Below are positions 27,651 to 35,838 of a stretch of 59,959 nucleotides of DNA, piece by piece. The DNA comes from Acutalibacteraceae bacterium. GTDB lineage: Bacteria > Bacillota > Clostridia > Lachnospirales > Lachnospiraceae. Below the pieces are notes generated by a model, which was given only the letters and a program-made list of their open reading frames with translations, did not search any database and was not told the DNA's origin. Each line of letters begins with the position of its first letter. Positions within the stretch are counted from its first letter, which is position 1. The position numbers and the translations under genes were made by a program. The stretch is from positions 1 to 59,959 of the forward strand of contig CAVBGP010000001.1 of the NCBI GenBank assembly GCA_963595005.1, written 5' to 3'.

Positions 27651-28829
27651 TTAGTGATGGAACAGTCTCATGCCGGTAAATGCAAGCACCATGCCGTACT
27701 TATCAGCAGTTGCTATGACATTGTCATCTCTGATTGAACCGCCTGGCTCAGCAATATAGCTTACACCTGATTTATGTGCCCTCTCAACATTATCGCCAAA
27801 CGGGAAGAATGCATCTGAGCCCACAGTAACGCCGGTCTGGGCAGCAACCCAGGCCTTACGTTCCTCTGCTGTCAGCGGCTCTGGTTTCTCCTTAAATCTC
27901 AGCTGCCATTCTCCGTCTCTAAGTACATCCTCATACTCATCAGAGGTATATACATCTATGGCATTATCTCTGTCGGGACGTCTGATTCCGTCAATAAACT
28001 TTAGTCCGAGTACCTTCGGATGCTGTCTTATATACCAATTGTCAGCCTTGCTTCCTGCAAGTCTTGTGCAATGTATGCGGCTCTGCTGACCTGCTCCAAC
28101 ACCTATAGCCTGTCCGTCCTTAACATATACTACAGAATTGGACTGAGTATATTTAAGAGTAATCATCGCAACTATCATATCTGTTACAGCTTCCTTAGGA
28201 AGCTCCTTGTTTTGAGATACGATATTACCAAACAAGCTCTCATCAATCTTAAAGTTATTGTGTCCCTGCTCAAAGGTTACGCCAAATACATCCTTTAGCT
28301 CGGCTGCAGCCGGCATAAAAGTCGGATCAACCTTGATGATATTGTAATTGCCCTTCTTCTTGGACTTAAGTATCTCGAGTGCCTCAGCTGTATAGTCCGG
28401 AGCTATGATGCCGTCTGATACCTCCTCCTTAAGATAGATAGCTGTTGCCTCATCACAGGTATCACTTAATGCAGCCCAGTCTCCGTAGGAGCAAAGTCTG
28501 TCAGCACCTCTGGCCCTAATATAAGCACAGGCAATAGGACTAAGCTTGGCATCAGGCTCTACGAAATATATAGCCTTGTCAGTATCAGAGAGCTCCTTGC
28601 CTACAGCCGCACCTGCCGGTGATACATGTTTAAATGAAGCAGCTGCCGGAAGTCCTGTTGCCTCCTTCAATTCACGAACAAGCTGCCATGAGTTAAATGC
28701 ATCAAGGAAATTAATATATCCCGGTCTGCCGTTAAGCACCTCTATAGGCAGCTCACTGCCGTCCTTCATATATATCCTTGCAGGCTTCTGATTGGGATTA
28801 CATCCGTATTTAAGCTCTAATTCCTTCAT
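27651..28829 (-). CDS. purH: AICAR formyltransferase (stand-alone PurH AICARFT domain, no MGS-like cyclohydrolase domain)
   Basis: 392 aa; KYGCNPNQ..., SFKHVSPAGAAVG, EPGGSIRD. Confidence 0.85.
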   Translation of the reverse strand: MKELELKYGCNPNQKPARIYMKDGSELPIEVLNGRPGYINFLDAFNSWQLVRELKEATGLPAAASFKHVSPAGAAVGKELSDTDKAIYFVEPDAKLSPIACAYIRARGADRLCSYGDWAALSDTCDEATAIYLKEEVSDGIIAPDYTAEALEILKSKKKGNYNIIKVDPTFMPAAAELKDVFGVTFEQGHNNFKIDESLFGNIVSQNKELPKEAVTDMIVAMITLKYTQSNSVVYVKDGQAIGVGAGQQSRIHCTRLAGSKADNWYIRQHPKVLGLKFIDGIRRPDRDNAIDVYTSDEYEDVLRDGEWQLRFKEKPEPLTAEERKAWVAAQTGVTVGSDAFFPFGDNVERAHKSGVSYIAEPGGSIRDDNVIATADKYGMVLAFTGMRLFHH

Positions 28830-28871
28830 CCAACATTCCTCTCTTAATGTTTACGCAATATGCATCATGCG

Positions 28872-29582
28872 TTATTCGTGTGCATTAATTACAGCCTGCT
28901 CGTATGAGCCATCCTCTATATCCGTATAACGAACAAACAGAGAGATCCTGTTATCTGCATTGAGACTGCCCCAAAGTGTATCGACAAACTCATCCATATC
29001 GTCGCAGGTTGCAATTCTCTCAGGTTCCCCTGTAAATGTCGGAATAGGTGTTCCGTCTGTTACATAGGTATGGATAAAGTGGCCGAGTCCTGCAAGCGGA
29101 GGATACTCAAAAAACTGTCTCACACAGGCACTTCCTTCAGGATCTGCGGACTTAAGTATGGAGAGCTTATAAGCTCCGTCCGCCTCCTGTAAGCCTGAGA
29201 TGCGCGGTGTCCAGTTTGGGCCATCCGGCTCAAACTCGCGAGTGCGAAGCGTATCTTCAAAGCTCTGTCCCTGCTTCATGCCATTATAGACCGTATCCGT
29301 CTGGTCCCCATTAGTCACTATAAGCTTATCCTCAAGCTCTCTTACCGGGTGATATATGATAAGGCTCGGATCCTCCAACAATGAAGGATCATAAGCCTTA
29401 GTACTGATTCCGTCTTCTTCTGTCTCAAATATACGATTGCGGCTGTTAGAGCTTCTGCCCATGATGAAATAAGCAGCCACCTTCTTGGTTCCGTCCGGTG
29501 TAATGCCAAGTATAATTCCTCTGCCAGGATACGTGTTGTTCTTAAGCTTATCCGCTATAGAGCCAATCTCATATACGTTCAT
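28872..29582 (-). CDS. purO: IMP cyclohydrolase, PurO-type
   Basis: 236 aa; YPGRGIILG...AAYFIMGRSSNSRNR matches the archaeal-type IMP cyclohydrolase family. Located directly upstream of the AICARFT gene. Confidence 0.7.
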   Translation of the reverse strand: MNVYEIGSIADKLKNNTYPGRGIILGITPDGTKKVAAYFIMGRSSNSRNRIFETEEDGISTKAYDPSLLEDPSLIIYHPVRELEDKLIVTNGDQTDTVYNGMKQGQSFEDTLRTREFEPDGPNWTPRISGLQEADGAYKLSILKSADPEGSACVRQFFEYPPLAGLGHFIHTYVTDGTPIPTFTGEPERIATCDDMDEFVDTLWGSLNADNRISLFVRYTDIEDGSYEQAVINAHE

Positions 29583-29733
29583 AGCCTGTTTCCTTTCTCA
29601 AGTCACTGCCGCATTTTCTTCATGTAAATGCATATCCGGTGCACATACACTGTCGCTTAATATACCTGTGCATTGCTCTGCACTGTTGTTCCTCGGCAGT
29701 TTAAGTCAAATCAATAAAGCTGCAGAGCTAAAA

Positions 29734-30363
29734 TTAACTGCGTTCTTTAAGCAGCTTCATTGCAACGGCTTCAGCTGCGCGCGGAAGTATCTTCCACTCT
29801 GCCTGCTCCATAACTCGTCTCTGCAGCAGCTCCGGTGTATCTCCCTTATGCACTGCAACAGCCTTCTGCATGATAATCTCACCGCCGTCCGGAATCTCAT
29901 TAAGATAATGAACCGTAGCGCCGGTGACCTTAACACCATAGCTAAGTGCCGCCTCATGCACATGCAGACCATAGTAGCCCTTGCCGCAAAATGACGGTAT
30001 AAGTGACGGATGTATATTGATAATGCGTCCTGCGTATTTATCGGTAAAGTCCTTGCTTAGTATACTCATAAAGCCAGCAAGCACTATCATCTCTATGCCG
30101 TTATCCTCAAGAGTCTCGATAAGCTTAGACTCAAAGGCCTTAGCACCTCCAAGCTCCTTAGCTGTAAATGCCTCAGACTTGATGCCTGCCTTTGAAGCAC
30201 GTTCAAGTGCATAGGCATTTTTATTATTGGATACAACCAGCCTTATACTGCCGTGCTTAATGATACCGGCTCCTTCGGCATCTATAAGCGCCTGCAGGTT
30301 GGTTCCGCCGCCTGACACAAGCACAGCAATACGTATAGGTTCATTTTCATCATGCCTTGTCAT
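29734..30363 (-). CDS. purN: Phosphoribosylglycinamide formyltransferase
   Basis: IAVLVSGGGTNLQALID, INIHPSLIPSFCG, GATVHY. Confidence 0.9.
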   Translation of the reverse strand: MTRHDENEPIRIAVLVSGGGTNLQALIDAEGAGIIKHGSIRLVVSNNKNAYALERASKAGIKSEAFTAKELGGAKAFESKLIETLEDNGIEMIVLAGFMSILSKDFTDKYAGRIINIHPSLIPSFCGKGYYGLHVHEAALSYGVKVTGATVHYLNEIPDGGEIIMQKAVAVHKGDTPELLQRRVMEQAEWKILPRAAEAVAMKLLKERS

Positions 30364-30366
30364 CTG

Positions 30367-31413
30367 TCAGCTCCTGAATGTAATCTTATCATCACTGTCT
30401 GATTCGGCAATCTCACCGATAACATAAGCTGTCTCTCCTGCCTCCTTGAGAGCCTTGATGCAGGCATCTGCAGTCTCCGGTGACACAACTATGCTCATGC
30501 CGACACCCATGTTATAGGTATTGAACATATCACGCTCATCAATGCCGCCCTCCTTCTGAAGGAGCTTGAAGATAGGGGGAATCACAATAGACTGCTTGGA
30601 TATAACAGCTTTTAGTCCGTCCGGAATGGATCTCGGGATATTCTCATAGAAGCCGCCGCCGGTAATGTGGCTGATACCATGTATATCAGATGACTCAAGT
30701 GCCTTAAGTACCGGCTTAACATATATCTTGGTTGGAGTAAGAAGTGTCTCTCCTAGTGTTGTGCCAAGCTCATCGTAGTGCTTATTAAGATCTGCATGCT
30801 CTATATCGAACACCTTGCGCACCAATGAATAGCCATTAGAATGTATACCGCTTGAAGCAAGAGCAACTATAACATCTCCTGCCTTCATCTTGTTTTTATC
30901 AATGATAGCCTTCTTATCTACTATACCAACAGTAAAGCCTGCAAGGTCATAGTCATCGGCTGCCATAGTACCCGGATGCTCTGCGGTCTCTCCGCCTATA
31001 AGAGCACAGCCTGACTGAACACAGCCCTCAGCCACACCTGATACAAGCTCTGCAACCTTAACCGGGTCATTCTTGCCTATAGCTATATAATCAAGGAAGA
31101 ATATAGGCTTTGCGCCTACACAGATAACATCATTAACACACATGGCAACACAGTCTATACCGACAGTATCATGCTTATCCATGAGCTGTGCTATCCTCTG
31201 CTTGGTTCCTACTCCGTCAGTACCTGATACCAGCACCGGCTCACTCATACCGGAAATATTAGGCATAAACAGTCCGCCGAATCCTCCGATATCCGATACA
31301 ACACCATCAATGATTGTTCTGTCGACATGCTTCTTCATGAGCTTTACGCCCTCGTATCCGGCCTCAATATTGACACCTGCCGCAGCATAGGCTGCTGAAT
31401 GAGAATTGTTCAT
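30367..31413 (-). CDS. purM: Phosphoribosylformylglycinamidine cyclo-ligase (AIR synthase)
   Basis: [29 protein letters not shown]. Confidence 0.92.
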   Translation of the reverse strand: MNNSHSAAYAAAGVNIEAGYEGVKLMKKHVDRTIIDGVVSDIGGFGGLFMPNISGMSEPVLVSGTDGVGTKQRIAQLMDKHDTVGIDCVAMCVNDVICVGAKPIFFLDYIAIGKNDPVKVAELVSGVAEGCVQSGCALIGGETAEHPGTMAADDYDLAGFTVGIVDKKAIIDKNKMKAGDVIVALASSGIHSNGYSLVRKVFDIEHADLNKHYDELGTTLGETLLTPTKIYVKPVLKALESSDIHGISHITGGGFYENIPRSIPDGLKAVISKQSIVIPPIFKLLQKEGGIDERDMFNTYNMGVGMSIVVSPETADACIKALKEAGETAYVIGEIAESDSDDKITFRS

Positions 31414-31450
31414 GACTTTTCCTTCTTTCCGGTTGTTTTACACTAGATTA

Positions 31451-31470
31451 TGTCTGCGAATGCGCAGGCA
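31451..31470 (-). repeat. Mosaic repeat, hp2-only copy in the purM leader
   Basis: TGTCTGCG-AATG-CGCAGGCA; 37 nt upstream of the purM ATG. Confidence 0.55.
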
Positions 31471-31512
31471 CAGATGTTAACTTTAAGAATATCTTGTTTA
31501 GATTTATCCTTG

Positions 31513-31541
31513 ATTGTACCAAATTAGTGCTTTTGCTTCAA
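31513..31541 (-). promoter_or_regulatory. Sigma-A-type promoter for purM-purN-purO-purH-purD
   Basis: On the minus strand TTGAAG (31541-31536), an exact 17-nt spacer, then TGG-TACAAT (extended -10, 31518-31513). Lies ~100 nt upstream of purM. Confidence 0.6.
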
Positions 31542-31546
31542 TCTCA

Positions 31547-31580
31547 ATGTACAAATTCTGCAAAAGATTTATGTACAAAT
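31547..31580 (-). promoter_or_regulatory. Tandem direct repeat ATTTGTACAT x2 just upstream of the -35
   Basis: ATGTACAAAT occurs at 31547-31556 and 31571-31580 (plus strand), 24 bp apart start to start. A related ATTGTACCAAAT overlaps the -10. Confidence 0.45.
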
Positions 31581-31713
31581 ATCACAATTGATTACTGCTT
31601 TGATTATGCATTATTACATAGTTCCTGGAATCAAAACATTACTTTTGTTCATATTATAATACCAAGATCAACATAGTGCTATGTCTATACACATAAGCAA
31701 TGCTTATGCAGCC

Positions 31714-31744
31714 ATAAATTCAGCCGCCCCATTAGGAGCGGCTG
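31714..31744 (-). terminator. Rho-independent terminator of the caspase-like surface protein gene
   Basis: Minus strand CAGCCGCTCC-TAAT-GGGGCGGCTG followed by AATTTAT. Starts 29 nt after the stop codon. Confidence 0.65.
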
Positions 31745-31772
31745 CAGATAATCATTAATATTCAGATGTTCA

Positions 31773-34700
31773 TTAATTCTGTAAAATCCCGTCTGAGCCG
31801 ATATAATAGCGTTTGCCGCCATCCTCAATCCATCCGGTCAACATTGCTCCGTCACTTCCAAGATAATACCACTTATCATTATCCTTAAGCCAGCCTGTGC
31901 GCATGCTGCCGTCAGCATCAAGGAAGTACCATATATCCTTATCCTTAAACCAGCCTGTAAGCATCTCTCCGTCACGATCGAGATAGTACCACCTGCCGTT
32001 ATCCTGTAGCCAACCGGTGTACATGTCCTTATCATCGTCAAAATAGTACCAACGTACCGCATTATCATGGTATATCAGGTTCCATCCCTTAGCATAGCCA
32101 CCGTTGGATAAAGCATAATGCCATGTACCATCGCTTTCGTGCTGCCAACTGCCGTTAACCACACCATTAATTCCGGAACCGGCATTTTCTTTGTTTACAA
32201 CACGTCCGGACGAATTTCTCACTGACTTATTGCCGTTATATATAGCATTATCGTCTACAGAATCATCATCTCCTATGCCATCCTTCTCATCGTCTTTGCT
32301 TCCTGCTCCATCGGACTCATCTTCACTATCACCATCTCCCTGCGGGGAGGTGTCCACTTTGTAGTTTAATTCCAATAATGCGCAGCCGCAGCCCGAAGTT
32401 ATCTCAGTATCCTTATTTATATCATACACAAATATAGCTGCACTCTGGTCGTTATCCTTAGTCTTCACTACCTCATATTGCGTATAATTTTCAGTTTCAT
32501 TTTTAACCTTTAAAGCAGCTGTTGCCTCAATAGAATAACGACTATTATCGTATGCCACATTGATAAGGTGCCCTAATGGCAATGTATCATATTCCTTAAT
32601 CTGAGCATTATTGTGAGCAAAGGTCACCTTTATTTCATCACTGCTTATATCCGTAAAGTAATGCTGCACTCTCACCTTCGCCTGCTTGCCGTCAGAGCTT
32701 ACTTCATTTAATTCGTCATATACAGTATGATGGCTGAATGTAAATACAGTACCATCAGTAAACCTCGCATTATAGTCATCCGCAAGCCTAATCGTTATTT
32801 CCGATGTATATAAAACACCTGTCTTCAGTTCATCCGTTTTCTTAAGCTTAACCCATTTCTTCTTAGCGTCGTCATACTGTTCCCAGTTGCCTACGGAATA
32901 GCTTACATTGCCCTTTTCTTTGCCTCCGTAGCTGCTAAATGCGTACGTATTCAGATATTTCTCAAGCCTCTGAGACAAATCCTTAACTGTTTTGTGCTTT
33001 TTTGCGGCATTAACTGTATATCCATCTGCACTTCTGGCAAAGCCTGTCATCTCCACAAGGAGCTCACCTATCTTATAATCATCCGCATCAGCCTCTGCTC
33101 TATCCGTGACCTTAACAAATGTCGTCTTATATTTAGCAGCTCCGTCATCATATCTGCAGCTTATCTTCAGCGCATAATATCCCTTCTCAAGATCTGAAAC
33201 ATCCCAGCTATCAGTATAAGTGCTGCTTAGTACACTGTTATTATCGGTAAATGTATCCTTGGCATAATTTCCGTAAACCGGGCGTATGTCATTAAATATG
33301 TTGACAGAATTTTCACTGGTGAATTCCAACTCAACACCTGATTTATCGACCGGCAATCCGTCCGTATCCACGTAATATCCAGCCTTAGTTACTTCTGTCT
33401 CGTCTCCAAGCCAACATGCTTCAGCACTAAGCACACAAGCTGCGCTGCCTTCTTTATCAGTCGGTTCCGTATCAAAGGCAACTCTTATCGGAACAATCTG
33501 CGAAGCCTTAACAGCATCAAGTACCTTGCTCACAATGGCAGGACTTTTTACTGCAAATGCATCCGTGTCCGGTGCCGAAGCAGCCGCCTCACCACCTTTA
33601 GATGTTGTAAATGTCTCAAAAGCAAAGTATTTAGAGCTGTAATCATCACATCCGAATGCCTTGATAATATACTTGCCTCCGTCAGTGAGCTTATCGTAAA
33701 GTTCACTTCCGTCAAATTTAAGCGTGATGTCTGCCTCACATCCTGCGTATATAGTCCAGATTTTGTCTGCAGTCATTACATCGTTTTCATTTTTATTTAT
33801 TATATAATCTTTGCTCTTGCTGTTCGGAGCAATACCTGAAGACTGCTTATAAGCAACAAACTCAAGCTCAATGTCAGTATCGGCATAGTTATTAACATTA
33901 AGATTGATGGTAACCTTATCATTAACAACCTTTACATTCTTATCACCTATGACCTCCATGCTAAATAAAGGCGGATAATATTCGGTACTGTCATAGGTGA
34001 AAAGCACCACCTTACTGCCTGCCGGCGTTACTGTAGGCTCTGACTCATATCCCGCAGACTTAACATATGCAGCAAGCTCCGCCATAGTAACTTTATAATC
34101 CCCATCCGTATCAGCATTAAATATATTGTAATCATCATTATTGCGGTCATGTCCTAACCCGCCTTCGATTGCAGTAAGCAATTCGCTGCCGTTTTCATTA
34201 CTGCTCCAAGCCATCTCATAAGGTGAGGCTTCGGCAAATATAAAATACTTTGGTGCATTACCGGTACCAGTGGTTACCGATGCTGCACTCACTTCCTTGT
34301 TAACTGTGTCAACAGATGCGACATTTGCCTTAGTATCCTTGTCAGTTTCATCATGTTTTGCTGTCACAGCCTTGGCTGACTTAAAGTCACTGACAAGATC
34401 TGATGCGAACTTATCTGACTGCGACTGTGCCTGTTCTATAAGCGCAGTCGCATCCGTCACTGCAAATTCGTCATCATCACCTGCTATAGGCATAATCATG
34501 GCACCCGAATAACAACAAAACAGTGTCACCATTACATTGCCATGCAAGACTCCAGTATGGCTCTTAAGTTCTGCCGCGCTAATGTTGCTGTCACCTCCGA
34601 TACCGAGAAATGACGTGCCGTCATTGTTATAGCCGCCGTGTCCGGTGTAAGCTATAACAGTTAACGACTCATCACTTTGGTTCTTAGCGGTCTTATCAAT

Positions 34701-35213
34701 CCAATCCCAAATCCTCTCCTTGTTTTCAGCGTTCTGTTCATTATTATCGTCGCAGTACATAATTGTGATGTCATCATCAGCACAGTCCTTAAACTCATTA
34801 GTCTGCCGAAGTGTTGCAGCAAGTGCTTCGGCATCAGCCTTAGTTGATTTCACTATGTTCGCTGATTCAGATACTATAATCAGCGCACGATACTTAGGCT
34901 CTGCCTTAGAGTCAGTTCCGGCATTGAGTGCAGCAGTATTGGACAATGTATCATCCGAATTAATCTGATAATCCTCAAACTCCGTCGGTGTGGCAGTTGA
35001 ATTCACATCAGTGTTATTCTTTTCATTTACATCCTCTTTATCAGACTCAGGAGTCTTTTCAAGTTCAGTTGGCGTTTTAACCTTGCCATTAGACGCAGCA
35101 AGGGAAACTAAGCCGTTTGAACTGTACTTAATGCATGGAACAGCAATTAACCCTATACTAAGTACCAATGCTGTAAGTGTTCGTAAAAATCTGCTGGTTT
35201 TGTCCTTACTCAT
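31773..35213 (-). CDS. Secreted cell-wall-binding protein with N-terminal caspase-like (clan CD) domain, 1146 aa
   Basis: Signal/anchor sequence. Caspase-like pattern: YRALIIV ... LTVIAYTGHGG (His) ... VMVTLFCCYSGAM (Cys). EF-hand/dockerin-like DADTDGDYKVTMAELAAY. C-terminal CW_binding_1 repeats. Start at 35213 (SD AAGGGAG 7 nt upstream). Confidence 0.6.
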   Translation of the reverse strand: MSKDKTSRFLRTLTALVLSIGLIAVPCIKYSSNGLVSLAASNGKVKTPTELEKTPESDKEDVNEKNNTDVNSTATPTEFEDYQINSDDTLSNTAALNAGTDSKAEPKYRALIIVSESANIVKSTKADAEALAATLRQTNEFKDCADDDITIMYCDDNNEQNAENKERIWDWIDKTAKNQSDESLTVIAYTGHGGYNNDGTSFLGIGGDSNISAAELKSHTGVLHGNVMVTLFCCYSGAMIMPIAGDDDEFAVTDATALIEQAQSQSDKFASDLVSDFKSAKAVTAKHDETDKDTKANVASVDTVNKEVSAASVTTGTGNAPKYFIFAEASPYEMAWSSNENGSELLTAIEGGLGHDRNNDDYNIFNADTDGDYKVTMAELAAYVKSAGYESEPTVTPAGSKVVLFTYDSTEYYPPLFSMEVIGDKNVKVVNDKVTINLNVNNYADTDIELEFVAYKQSSGIAPNSKSKDYIINKNENDVMTADKIWTIYAGCEADITLKFDGSELYDKLTDGGKYIIKAFGCDDYSSKYFAFETFTTSKGGEAAASAPDTDAFAVKSPAIVSKVLDAVKASQIVPIRVAFDTEPTDKEGSAACVLSAEACWLGDETEVTKAGYYVDTDGLPVDKSGVELEFTSENSVNIFNDIRPVYGNYAKDTFTDNNSVLSSTYTDSWDVSDLEKGYYALKISCRYDDGAAKYKTTFVKVTDRAEADADDYKIGELLVEMTGFARSADGYTVNAAKKHKTVKDLSQRLEKYLNTYAFSSYGGKEKGNVSYSVGNWEQYDDAKKKWVKLKKTDELKTGVLYTSEITIRLADDYNARFTDGTVFTFSHHTVYDELNEVSSDGKQAKVRVQHYFTDISSDEIKVTFAHNNAQIKEYDTLPLGHLINVAYDNSRYSIEATAALKVKNETENYTQYEVVKTKDNDQSAAIFVYDINKDTEITSGCGCALLELNYKVDTSPQGDGDSEDESDGAGSKDDEKDGIGDDDSVDDNAIYNGNKSVRNSSGRVVNKENAGSGINGVVNGSWQHESDGTWHYALSNGGYAKGWNLIYHDNAVRWYYFDDDKDMYTGWLQDNGRWYYLDRDGEMLTGWFKDKDIWYFLDADGSMRTGWLKDNDKWYYLGSDGAMLTGWIEDGGKRYYIGSDGILQN
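31776..32153 (-). repeat. Coding tandem cell-wall-binding (CW_binding_1 / choline-binding-type) repeats
   Basis: About five 20-aa units of the form GWxxDxxxWYYLxxDGxMxT. Confidence 0.75.
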
Positions 35214-35283
35214 AGCTAATCTCCCTTCTTGCTCTACCATATTCCTCTGTCAATAAAAAGTACAAATAAAAAAATCGTAATCT

Positions 35284-35772
35284 TTATAACTTTGAGGCTA
35301 TATCAGCGTCCTTCGCAAGAACCTTATCTGCATCTGCCTTACGCTTAGCATCGAGCTTTGTCTGAAGACCAGTATCCTCTACTGCGATTATCTGAGCAGC
35401 AAGCAGAGCCGCATTGCCGCCTGCATTGACAGCAACGGCAGCAACAGGGATACCTGTTGGCATCTGAACGGTTGAGAGGAGTGCATCCATTCCGTCAAAA
35501 ACAGGTCCCTTGCATGGTATGCCTATAACCGGAAGTGTTGTGTTGGCTGCAATAGCACCTGCAAGATGTGCTGCCATGCCTGCTGCCGCTATGATAACGC
35601 CAAAGCCGTTTGCCCTTGCATTAAGAGCAAAATCTCTGGCCTCTACAGGTGTTCTGTGTGCAGAATATATATGCACCTCGTATGGTACCTCAAGGCTCTT
35701 GAGGATATCTACCGCCTTCTCAATTACCGGCAGATCACTGTCACTGCCCATTACTATTCCGACCTTTTTCAT
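35284..35772 (-). CDS. purE: 5-(carboxyamino)imidazole ribonucleotide mutase
   Basis: VGIVMGSDSDLPV, SAHRTP, IIAAAGMAAHLAG. SD AAGGAGG. Confidence 0.9.
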   Translation of the reverse strand: MKKVGIVMGSDSDLPVIEKAVDILKSLEVPYEVHIYSAHRTPVEARDFALNARANGFGVIIAAAGMAAHLAGAIAANTTLPVIGIPCKGPVFDGMDALLSTVQMPTGIPVAAVAVNAGGNAALLAAQIIAVEDTGLQTKLDAKRKADADKVLAKDADIASKL

Positions 35773-35838
35773 ATAAACCTCCTTAGTTTCTCAACAAAAT
35801 TCACTTATTGTAACGTTTAAATTTGTCACCTAATCAGC

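Noticed and set aside
29583-29733. Purine or ZTP (pfl) riboswitch in the pur leaders (29583-29733, 31414-31772, 35773-35838, 26100-26235).
   Set aside because: No conserved cores were visible by eye on the coding strand, neither the guanine-riboswitch junction sequences nor the ZTP CCGCCTGGGC pseudoknot element. This rests on visual inspection only.
31636-31665. PurBox-like pair (AATATGAACAAAAGTAATGTTTTGATT on the coding strand) upstream of the purM promoter.
   Set aside because: Each half has 3-4 mismatches to AWWWCCGAACWWT, including the central CCGAAC core. That is too weak to call.
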